Shown here: piece by piece, positions 8,712 to 17,379 of the stretch
How positions within the stretch are numbered: the stretch's first letter is position 1
Layout of the letters: every line of letters begins with the position of its first letter
Virus record (IMG/VR): IMGVR_UViG_3300020045_002218
Coordinates: 43,579 to 107,578 of that record
DNA length: 64,000 nucleotides
Reading direction: 5' to 3' (one strand)
Source of the DNA: a virus
Program-made: the position numbers and the translations under genes
Notes under the pieces: generated by a model
Told to the model about the DNA's origin: nothing
Databases searched by the model: none
Seen by the model: the letters and a program-made list of their open reading frames with translations, nothing else

Positions 8712-9114
8712 ATTTGTAAACCAACAGTTAAATAAATAACTGCTGGTTCATGATTAAATTAAACCTAATTCTTTACATGCTTGAGTGTAAGCATTAGCTT
8801 CACGTTGCTTACGATCACGTTCTTCAGCTTCATAAGCTTTAAGAATCTCTTTTTGTTCACGAAAGAAGAGTCTACGATTTTCTTCACGCTCAGTTAATTC
8901 TTTTTTATACATTGACATGGATATTCTCCTAATCGTTGCTTAGAACGCATTTTCATGCGTATGAGAGGTATTCCCAAATAAAACCAATAACTAAGATTGA
9001 TAGTAATAGCCAACCTTCTTTTGGAAATTTGGGTTTATCACATTGAATGATGAGATTTTTATTAAATTTATATGACATAAATACTCCTAAAGCACATCCA
9101 TGTGCCATGTTAAG

Positions 9115-9645
9115 TTAATAAGAACAAGCTTCTATTTCACAAGCTTGTATTAATATATTCAAATCTGATTCCCAAGTAGGGTTAAACATATTAATAACTG
9201 GAATATCTTGTTGAATAGCTAATCTAATAGCTTGACCAGTACCGCCAGTGTTATAGTCTGTTTTGGTTTCAGCTCCATCAGGAGTCCAACACAATACAAA
9301 GTCAACAGGTGATTTAAGATCAACACCAAGAATTTGATGACAATTTCTAGCCATTAATTTTCTAGCACCTTGAGATAATCTATCCCAAGCTGGATGAAGT
9401 GATTTAGCTAATTCCATTGCTTCATTACTGACTGTTACAATGCCTGTAAAACAATCATTAAATCCCTTCCAAGGAATGAATTCAATTTTGTTAGTACAAC
9501 CACCACTGAATGCTTTATCAGCACCATCAGCAGCTCCTGAATACAATGTAAAACCAATTGACTCAAGTTCACCTGCTACATCAGACATAATAGCTAATAT
9601 GTCTATTGGTGTTTTACGACTACCAATTCCTGCATACGTTTTCAT
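9115..9645 (-). CDS. SLOG superfamily protein (DprA/Smf- or YspA-like)
   Basis: YAGIGSRKTP, LYSGAADGAD, ARNCHQILG, GGTGQA motifs. Confidence 0.8.
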   Translation of the reverse strand: MKTYAGIGSRKTPIDILAIMSDVAGELESIGFTLYSGAADGADKAFSGGCTNKIEFIPWKGFNDCFTGIVTVSNEAMELAKSLHPAWDRLSQGARKLMARNCHQILGVDLKSPVDFVLCWTPDGAETKTDYNTGGTGQAIRLAIQQDIPVINMFNPTWESDLNILIQACEIEACSY

Positions 9646-9673
9646 AACATATACTCCAAGTTAAGTTAATTTT

Positions 9674-9695
9674 CACTATATAGAATGCTTTTAAG
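9674..9695 (-). promoter_or_regulatory. Early-region phage promoter motif, copy 3
   Basis: CTTAAAAGCATTCTATATAGTG. Confidence 0.6.
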
Positions 9696-10465
9696 ATTGT
9701 ATAAAGACTTGTTAAGAAGTATTAGTAGTTACTTTCTAAGTCAGATATTTCTTCTTCAAGATCATAAACTTCATCTTTGAGTTGATTTATTTGTCGTTGA
9801 AGTGAAGGAATATCTAAGTTGTAAACATACTCTTTTAATTCTTCAAGAGTAAGAGAAGGAAGTTTAAGAACTTCATCAATGGTAAAATTTGAAGGTATCA
9901 TAATAGTTCTATAAGATTGTTAGTAGTATCTTAGTGGACGTTAGTCCACATTGTAATTAGTGTTTAGTGTAATTTTAGTTTTTTATTATTTGTAGATAGA
10001 ATGTTAAATTGTATAAAATTTACACAATAACAATATATAGACATATCCTGTATCTTGACTACTATATGTAGTATTAAGAGATAATATTTGTATAATATTT
10101 ATACAATATAAATATTCTTCCTATTAATAACTAAGGTTATTAGGACTAACTTATTGTTTTATATAACAACTAATAATTATATTGGTTCATTATTTTACTT
10201 TTACTCTAAAATATGGTATTAATACTACATTGTATTTGTATCATTCAAACACAAAGCCTTTATGACTTATATGTATTTACAGATGAACCATAACTGATTG
10301 GACTCTCTATAAGGCTTTGAACTGTTCTCATGATACAAACACAAAGTAGTATAAATACTTCAATTTAAGGATAGAGTTCTTTACTCAGACTATCTCTGCT
10401 GTGTGCTTTATGTGTAGCTTTAAAGCTTAAAGACTCAAACCAATTAAGGAATGAGTCTTTATTGT

Positions 10466-10648
10466 TTAGAATGGATCTTGACCTTCATCAATTAATGTGA
10501 TGTAACCATCAGATGTAAGAACACCTTTATATGGTTTTGGTTCATCTTCGAGTATTGCATCACAAGAGATGCAATGATGATAGTCATCAGCTGTTACAGT
10601 CTGAACTGTTTTACAAAGACGACAAGTAACTTCAATTGTTTCACACAT
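10466..10648 (-). CDS. Small zinc-ribbon early protein
   Basis: CRLC...CISC; start moved to ATG 10648 with AGGAG RBS. Confidence 0.6.
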   Translation of the reverse strand: MCETIEVTCRLCKTVQTVTADDYHHCISCDAILEDEPKPYKGVLTSDGYITLIDEGQDPF

Positions 10649-10683
10649 GGTAGTTCTCCTGATCAGGGAATAGACAACATTGT

Positions 10684-10706
10684 CTATTACATTAAATGCC
10701 TTAAAG
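10684..10706 (-). promoter_or_regulatory. Early-region phage promoter motif, copy 2
   Basis: CTTTAAGGCATTTAATGTAATAG. Confidence 0.6.
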
Positions 10707-10736
10707 AAAAAACATAAGCTACTCCGAAGAGTAGCT
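10705..10736 (-). terminator. Rho-independent terminator with UUCG tetraloop
   Basis: Minus strand AGCTACTC-TTCG-GAGTAGCT-TATGTTTTTTC. Confidence 0.8.
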
Positions 10737-10920
10737 ATTTGTTTAGTCTTCAGAATGTTCCTCATTCCAAGTATTTAACCATTCATTACCATTTTCAAGT
10801 GATAACTCTTCTTCATCGTAAGAAACTACTTCAATAGTTCCATCTGGATTAACTAAGTAAGTCATTGTATTCACCTTTATTATTGTTATTAAAAGAGACT
10901 CATCCATGAGTCAATAAGAT

Positions 10921-11292
10921 TTAACCTTCGTTAGCTTTATCCAAGTCATTAAGCTTTGAATTAACCTTGCGTTGCATCTCGAAACATTGTTCAAGATAAG
11001 CATCAAGTTCAACATCAGACATAGCTGAGATGTCCACTTTACCAAGTTTATCGGTAACACGAACAATTGCATCAAGTGATAGATTCAATGCAGCAGATTC
11101 AGCTTTCTGACGTTTAAGGATTGAATCCATTTCATTTGCACCATAAGCAAATGCACCATCAACCATGTCAATAGCATGTACAGTTGCTGATGCACCTTTA
11201 CTGATAACTAAACCTGCTGCTGTTGTCACTTGAGGTAACAATGCAATAGATTGTGATGCAGCTTGTAACAGTTCTTTAGTGAATGCACTCAT
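10921..11292 (-). CDS. First early gene, hypothetical helical protein
   Basis: Start at ATG 11292 (MSAFTKELLQ) with AGGAG RBS; first gene after the putative terminus. Confidence 0.75.
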   Translation of the reverse strand: MSAFTKELLQAASQSIALLPQVTTAAGLVISKGASATVHAIDMVDGAFAYGANEMDSILKRQKAESAALNLSLDAIVRVTDKLGKVDISAMSDVELDAYLEQCFEMQRKVNSKLNDLDKANEG

Positions 11293-11355
11293 TGTAATAC
11301 TCCTAATAGGATTAACACCATGTTCATGACACATGATGAGACACATGAATTGTAT

Positions 11356-11376
11356 CTACTACATTGAATGCTCTTC
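11356..11376 (-). promoter_or_regulatory. Early-region phage promoter motif, copy 1
   Basis: GAAGAGCATTCAATGTAGTAG. Confidence 0.6.
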
Positions 11377-11722
11377 ATATATAGCTCTATATGCTACGAG
11401 AATGACGTATAAGCAACGATAAGACATAAGTAATGCAATCGTGTACGTTATGACTAATGGTGGGGTGTATATTCAAATATGGTATTCATAGACTCTATAG
11501 GGGGGGTATCTTAGGTTTGTGACTGAACTGAGGTAGTGTAATGGATTAGTACATAAATTATGTAAATTCTTAAAACTTTTTGTTCCAAAAAATTTTCAAT
11601 AGACTTATACACAATTTATATTTTTCTTGAAAAGTTTTTGTTTACCAAAAAATATTAAAATACTGGACTATCTCTTTCTCTTAGATTTATACTATTAGAA
11701 ACCTAAACCATAAGAGATTGTT

Positions 11723-12094
11723 ATGTATTCATTAAGTGAAAAATCAATAAACAGATTGGAAGGAGTTAATTCTTCCTTGGTTCAAGTAGTTAAAAGAGCT
11801 ATAGAATTAACCACTATAGACTTTGGTGTTACTGAAGGATTAAGAACAGTAGAGAGACAAAAAGAATTATTTGCTACTGGTAAGTCTCAAACCATGAAAT
11901 CTAAACATATTGTAGGTAGAGCTGTAGATTTAGTAGCTATGCCTAATGGTAGAGTATCTTGGGAATGGAAATACTATATTCATATTGCTACTGCTATGAA
12001 ACAAGCTGCTAAAGAGTTAGGTGTAGATATTGAATGGGGTGGTGATTGGACTACTCTTAAAGATGGTGTTCACTTTCAATTAAAGGATAAATAA
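11723..12094 (+). CDS. Endolysin, M15 family L-Ala-D-Glu peptidase
   Basis: EGLRT.ERQ, SKHIVGRAVD, WGGDW...DGVHFQL zinc-peptidase motifs. Confidence 0.92.
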   Translation: MYSLSEKSINRLEGVNSSLVQVVKRAIELTTIDFGVTEGLRTVERQKELFATGKSQTMKSKHIVGRAVDLVAMPNGRVSWEWKYYIHIATAMKQAAKELGVDIEWGGDWTTLKDGVHFQLKDK

Positions 12095-12712
12095 TGAGAA
12101 TTACATTAGATTTTGAACATTCACATGAGTTAATAGATTTACTTAAATCACTTGGTTCAAGTCTTAAAAAAGATGAACCATGTATAGAGTTACAAGAAAC
12201 ATATCCAAGAGAATTTGAAGATTCTTTTTCTCCTTTAAATACATTTGGATATATGGATGACTTAACATGAATACAAATACAGCAATTAAAATTTGTAGCA
12301 ATCATCTTCAATGGAGTAAGACAGGTAATCATATTAAATATGAAGAATTAAATACTACTTTATTTCAGATAGCTTTAGAACATTTAATTACTTTGGCTCA
12401 ATCTGTTGAGAAAGAAGGTAATGGACTAGGTGACAAGTGATTTGTAATCATGATTGGTTTAAAACTAATCAAACTAAAAGAGAGTGTAATAAGTGTTCTT
12501 GTACGGAATTTTTAATACATAATATTTGGGTTAAAGGGGTAAATAATGGAAAATATTTTTTATAGATTTTACTGGTTTTCAAAAAAAAAAAAAAAGTTAT
12601 ATGTATATAAATAATCTACATGATTTTATTATAGGGTAATTACCTGCTTAAAAAGCTTTTAATAAAAATTATAAATTATAAATAATGAACACACACACTA
12701 TAATTTTCTGGA

Positions 12713-12737
12713 AGTAACTGGCTGAAAGCCAGTTACT
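12713..12737. terminator. Strong intergenic hairpin (terminator-like)
   Basis: AGTAACTGGCT-GAA-AGCCAGTTACT, 11-bp stem. Confidence 0.45.
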
Positions 12738-12759
12738 AAATAATAAAATAGGAATATAA

Positions 12760-12990
12760 ATGAAAATATTTGATGTATTAAAAATAGGTAATAGCTTATC
12801 TGATCCTTCTTGGTGGAAGAAAGTTCAATCTTTTATTAACTTAATTTCTGGTACTGCACCATTAATTATTATTACTGTACCTATTACAAAAAATTTACTT
12901 ACAGTAGATAACATACTGGCACTTAGTTCAAGTGTTGCAGCTTTGAATGTTTATTTTACAGTAGCTACGTCTAAAAAAATAGGATTATGA
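12760..12990 (+). CDS. Putative holin
   Basis: 76 aa, two hydrophobic segments, basic C-terminus, near endolysin. Confidence 0.5.
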   Translation: MKIFDVLKIGNSLSDPSWWKKVQSFINLISGTAPLIIITVPITKNLLTVDNILALSSSVAALNVYFTVATSKKIGL

Positions 12991-13886
12991 ATCTTTTTTA
13001 TATTTGCGGAAATACTGGTCATATCGTTAATTCTGATTTAGCTTGCAATATTTCAGATTTTCAAGGTAATACACTTGATGGAATAAGTGTAGAAGGTAAT
13101 ATTTTATGGATTATAGGTGATGACTCTGATGGTAATTACTGTTTAAATGGTACAGTAAATCCATTAGGGATTGATTTAATAAATCCTATTAGATCTTTTC
13201 TCTGGAAATATACTGATATATGTAGCAATGGTATAAATGTCTGTGCTGTAGGATTACAAAATAATGATCCTATCGGATTATTTACTTTTACAATGGAAAG
13301 TTATCGATTAGAATCGTCTACAACAAGTTGGAATAGTGTAGTGTATGGTAAAAATAAATTTATAACTGTTGGAATAAATATAGATAATAAATTAGAAATT
13401 GCAATAAGTTTAGATGGATTTACTTATGATAGTTTTAATGAGATTACAGAAACATCTGTATTACCAAAAATAACTTTTGGTAATGATATTTTTATTATTT
13501 GTAGTAATGCTTTATATAAATCTATAGATGGTGATATTTGGGAAAGCATATATAATAATTTTACTTCATGGATAGATGTTAATTATAACAGTAATGGATT
13601 TTTAGCTATTAATGGTACACAAAGTGCTTCATCTATAGACGGTATTACTTGGGAAATACGCATATTACCTACAATATCTGGTGTAACATGGCAAAAATTA
13701 ACATCTAACGGGGATGTTATTTGTATGAGTTTTTATGATGGTATACAGACTATGGTAGTAATTTTTTCACAAGATAATGGTGTAACATGGAGTAACTCAC
13801 AAACACTTACAAATGTTAATGGTAATATATTTGCTTTACATTCAGCTAAATTTTGGAATCTTTTTAAACAATCTTATGAAACATGA
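12987..13886 (+). CDS. Beta-propeller (Asp-box/BNR repeat) protein, probably virion-associated
   Basis: Repeated S-x-D-G-x-T-W boxes (SLDGFTY, SIDGDIW, SIDGITW, SQDNGVTW). Confidence 0.65.
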   Translation: MNLFYICGNTGHIVNSDLACNISDFQGNTLDGISVEGNILWIIGDDSDGNYCLNGTVNPLGIDLINPIRSFLWKYTDICSNGINVCAVGLQNNDPIGLFTFTMESYRLESSTTSWNSVVYGKNKFITVGINIDNKLEIAISLDGFTYDSFNEITETSVLPKITFGNDIFIICSNALYKSIDGDIWESIYNNFTSWIDVNYNSNGFLAINGTQSASSIDGITWEIRILPTISGVTWQKLTSNGDVICMSFYDGIQTMVVIFSQDNGVTWSNSQTLTNVNGNIFALHSAKFWNLFKQSYET

Positions 13887-14575
13887 ACAATTTAACCTTA
13901 GAACAGTTTAAAGAAGTTTTACCTAAGCATGTAAGAGGAAGTCTTACTCAAGAAATTGTAGATGAAATTAATACTAATATTACTGATCCTATTTTAGGTA
14001 AAGTATATAGAGATAATTTACTAAGTTATACTTCAGTAATGAATGAAGGTAGATTTAAAACTACTGATTACATTAATGCTGTTAGGTATGTCAGTAATAG
14101 GATGATGAGTGATAGTAATGTATCCGCTTACTTAAAGACATTTCCTGATAAACATCAATGGTTTATTGAAGAGGGTACTTCTGCTAAAGATATTAGTAGT
14201 TATGTTGCTATGTTTGTTAAGGGTAAGTTAGTTCAAGCTATTATGGCACAAACTCTTACTCCCTTTCATATCTTAAATCAGGAATATCATCAGAAAGCTT
14301 TAAATGTTTTAGTTGAGTTAATGTTTAATGCTAAATCTGAAAAAGTTAGATGTGATTCTGCAAAAAATGTTATGGATGCTCTTAAACCACCAGAAGATAC
14401 TAAAATAGAAATTAATGTTGGTTTAAAAGAAGATAGTAAATTACAAGAAATAAAACAATATATGCTAGAATTAGCAGCATTACAACATAGAAACATAGAG
14501 CTAGGAATTACCTCTGCTAAAGAAGTTGCTCACAGTACATTAACTGTTATTGAAGGTGAGTTTACAGATATTTAA
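13883..14575 (+). CDS. N4 gp69-like protein (putative small terminase)
   Basis: YINAVRYVS, AY.KTFP, SEKVRCDSA, LKPPE motifs typical of the N4 gp69 family; upstream of terminase. Confidence 0.8.
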   Translation: MNNLTLEQFKEVLPKHVRGSLTQEIVDEINTNITDPILGKVYRDNLLSYTSVMNEGRFKTTDYINAVRYVSNRMMSDSNVSAYLKTFPDKHQWFIEEGTSAKDISSYVAMFVKGKLVQAIMAQTLTPFHILNQEYHQKALNVLVELMFNAKSEKVRCDSAKNVMDALKPPEDTKIEINVGLKEDSKLQEIKQYMLELAALQHRNIELGITSAKEVAHSTLTVIEGEFTDI

Positions 14576-14613
14576 TATTATGATAGTCTATATTTATTTT
14601 CAAAGGAATTAGT

Positions 14614-14979
14614 ATGGCAACTGATTTAAAAGATTTTAGACGTGGTGATACATTTCTTTTAAAATTTAATTTTGGAACTGGAATAAACATTACTGATTGG
14701 AATATTACATTTTCTTTAAGAGATACTTTTACTTCAGCTTTAGTTACATCAGTTAAACGTACTGCTGGTGATTATCCATTAGATGAAGTATTAAATGGCA
14801 TTTTTTATTACTTTTATGATTCAGAATCTTCTCAATTATTAGTACCTAAAAAGTATAAATATGATTTACAATTAGTAATTCCTGGTATACATAAACAAGT
14901 TCATACATTACTTCCTAAAGATGAAAATTATAATGAACCCTTAATAATACTTCCTGATGTTACTTGGATTGATATATAA
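14614..14979 (+). CDS. Putative tail-associated Ig-like (BppU N-terminal-like) protein
   Basis: RRGDT start and YKYDLQL pattern. Confidence 0.5.
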   Translation: MATDLKDFRRGDTFLLKFNFGTGINITDWNITFSLRDTFTSALVTSVKRTAGDYPLDEVLNGIFYYFYDSESSQLLVPKKYKYDLQLVIPGIHKQVHTLLPKDENYNEPLIILPDVTWIDI

Positions 14980-15455
14980 TGGATAATTATACTGTTGAGT
15001 ATGTTGATATAGTTCCTATTAATGTAAATGAAGGTACTCAATCTTTTATTTTTGAAGAAATTCAAACATTTAATATTATTCCTACAGAAACTTTAGTCGT
15101 AAATAACGGTTCAATATCAATAAATTCTTTTAAGCAAATAGCTATAAGAGATATTGGAGGATTAAGAGTTTTACTTGCAGATCAATCTTATGCAGATCAA
15201 TCAGATATTTCTTCTTACGGAAAAGTTATTGGATTTTCTAAAGGAGCAGTAGTTACAGGAGATTTATTAGAAATAGTAACTGCTTCTAAATTAGATGGAT
15301 TTACAGGACTTATTCCTAATGGACAAATATATCTTGATTTAAATGGATTAATTACTCAAACAGTTCCTATATCAGGATTTATACAACAATTAGGTGTTGC
15401 TTTAACATCTACAACTATTTTGGTAAATATAAATTTACCTTTTTTACTTTCTTAA
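14979..15455 (+). CDS. Putative virion decoration/fibre protein
   Basis: C-terminal GL.P...YL...G...P..G..Q.LG.A domain shared with the next gene. Confidence 0.55.
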   Translation: MDNYTVEYVDIVPINVNEGTQSFIFEEIQTFNIIPTETLVVNNGSISINSFKQIAIRDIGGLRVLLADQSYADQSDISSYGKVIGFSKGAVVTGDLLEIVTASKLDGFTGLIPNGQIYLDLNGLITQTVPISGFIQQLGVALTSTTILVNINLPFLLS

Positions 15456-15464
15456 GGATTTCAA

Positions 15465-16061
15465 ATGGCAGTTAATAAATATTTTACAAATAATGCAGGT
15501 GTACTTACAGAAGTAATTGCTCCTACTACATCTACTGGTGCAGGTGATTCAGGTAAAATTGTAGCTCTTAATGCTTCAGGTATTTTAGATCCAACTATTG
15601 TAAATAGTAAAACAACTTCAGCAGGTGCAGGTGACAGTGGTAAATTACCTGCATTAGATGGATCAGGTAAATTAGATACCTCATTTATGCCTACAGGTAT
15701 TGGTGCAGATACAGCTTCAATTGCTACTTCAGAAACTTTAGCAGCAGGAGATTTAATTAATGTTTGGAACAATGCTGGCACAGCAGCTGTACGAAAAGCT
15801 GATGCTACCACTTCTGGGAAGGAAGCACATGGATTTGTTCTTGCAGCATTTACTCATCCTACAAATGCTACAGTATATTTTGAAGGTTCAAATTCAGCTA
15901 AAACTGGATTGACTCCAGGTAAGCAATTTTTATCTACTACAGCAGGTGGATGTACGACTACTGCCCCAGAAGGATCAGGCAACGTGGTTCAGAGAGTCGG
16001 ATTTGCTACCAGCGCGACATCGATAAACTTTCAATCAAACGAGCCATTGACACTAGCATAA
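15465..16061 (+). CDS. Putative virion decoration/fibre protein
   Basis: Two TS.GAGDSGK..AL..SG.LD repeats, then GLTPG...L...G..TT.P...G..VQRVG.A domain. Confidence 0.65.
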   Translation: MAVNKYFTNNAGVLTEVIAPTTSTGAGDSGKIVALNASGILDPTIVNSKTTSAGAGDSGKLPALDGSGKLDTSFMPTGIGADTASIATSETLAAGDLINVWNNAGTAAVRKADATTSGKEAHGFVLAAFTHPTNATVYFEGSNSAKTGLTPGKQFLSTTAGGCTTTAPEGSGNVVQRVGFATSATSINFQSNEPLTLA

Positions 16062-16065
16062 TCCG

Positions 16066-16659
16066 ATGGCAGATAGAAAGCCTATTGTAAATTCAAATGG
16101 AACAAAGTCAGAGTTGTCTTTGGGCGATTATATGGATTTGTTTGGCTTAAAGTTACGCAATACAGCCAACACGTTTAGCTCTACATTCGTTAGCGCAGCA
16201 ACCGCAAACCGCACAATCACAATACCCGACAAAGATTTCACAATTGCTGGGCTGGATGATTTAACGGCTTTAGCGAGCATGTTAAACCCCGTCGGTACTA
16301 TACGAGAGTTTAGCGTATCGACGAATCCCGCGTCTTTGCTTGGGTTTGGGACGTGGACGGAATTTGGAACAGGAAGAGTCACAGTCGCAATTGACGCTGG
16401 ACAAGTCGAATTTGACACGAATGGCGAAACGGGCGGTGAGAAAGCTCATTTATTGACTAGCGCGGAAAGCGGTGTTCCCGCCCATACACATTCTATTGCT
16501 AATGTTGGTCTAGTGTCAGGCAGTCAATATGCAGGAGGAGCAAGCATTTCGCAAACTGGCAGTAGAATTACTGCAGCGAATACCGCAGCTAATGCGGCAT
16601 CGGCACATAATAACTTGCAGCCGTATATCGTTGTTTATCGCTGGGTAAGAACGGCTTAA
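16066..16659 (+). CDS. Tail fibre/baseplate protein with T4 gp10-like C-terminal collar domain
   Basis: PVGTI, NP..LLGFGTW..FG.GRV, TGGEK.H.LT..E.P.H.H, AHNNLQPYIVVYRWVRTA. Confidence 0.8.
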   Translation: MADRKPIVNSNGTKSELSLGDYMDLFGLKLRNTANTFSSTFVSAATANRTITIPDKDFTIAGLDDLTALASMLNPVGTIREFSVSTNPASLLGFGTWTEFGTGRVTVAIDAGQVEFDTNGETGGEKAHLLTSAESGVPAHTHSIANVGLVSGSQYAGGASISQTGSRITAANTAANAASAHNNLQPYIVVYRWVRTA

Positions 16660-17000
16660 CTCTCCATCGTTCAGATTCAACTATTGAAATTGAGGCAATA
16701 GTTACACTAAGTTCAAGTACTATTGTAAACATAATAAGTGGTTTGTTTACAAATTTAAGTTCTGATGCTATAAGTGTTGGATATTTAACTGTAGAAGGAG
16801 TAAACCGAATAGAACAATGTACATTAAAAGGTATTATTCCAGCAAATACACATGGAACTAATACTATAAATCTTTCAGTGATGTCTGGCGGATATTCTGT
16901 AAGCACAACGTACTTTAATAGACGTTTTTCAGATAGTGCAACAGTGCCTATGTTTGGTGGACTTCTAGCAAGTACAATCATAGTACGAGAATATGTATAA
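16659..17000 (+). pseudogene. Headless C-terminal tail-fibre domain remnant
   Basis: Frame open from 16614 to the stop at 17000 with no ATG/RBS at its 5' end; SDSTIEIEAIV...FGGLLASTIIVREYV resembles beta-sandwich fibre tips. Confidence 0.5.
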
Positions 17001-17025
17001 CTATAATTAAGTAGAATATATTTAT

Positions 17026-17379
17026 ATGATAGAACCAATTTCAGTAATTTCAGAAGCAAAAGACGGTTATCAATTATCTTTAGGTATGCTAACAATTCTA
17101 ATATTAGGATTTTCTTGGTTTATTATTAAATATTTTGAAATTACAAAAAATCAAGATATTAAAGATACTGAGAATAATATAAGAATTGATAAAATTAATA
17201 AAGAGCATACTGATCAAGTTGATAAAATTCATTTAGAACATAGCAATAGGATAGAAAGATTAATTGAATCACATAGAGCAGAAGTTTCCACTACTCTTGA
17301 TAAACTTACTTCTACACTACATGACTTACATATTGCACTTGAAAAACGTGTAGTTTCATTTAGAAATAATGAATCCTAA
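17026..17379 (+). CDS. Membrane protein (one TM plus coiled coil), possible holin/antiholin
   Basis: LSLGMLTILILGFSWFIIKYF followed by charged helical region. Confidence 0.5.
   Translation: MIEPISVISEAKDGYQLSLGMLTILILGFSWFIIKYFEITKNQDIKDTENNIRIDKINKEHTDQVDKIHLEHSNRIERLIESHRAEVSTTLDKLTSTLHDLHIALEKRVVSFRNNES

Noticed and set aside
9085-9105. Canonical N4 vRNAP promoter (TCC-TAAA-5-bp stem spacing)
   Set aside because: Loop is TCCA, not GNA, and the CC belongs to the downstream AGGAG RBS; a CsrA-type RNA hairpin explains it better.
12581-12595. A15 homopolymer as a phase-variation site
   Set aside because: Intergenic with no frame to switch; length may be a sequencing artefact.
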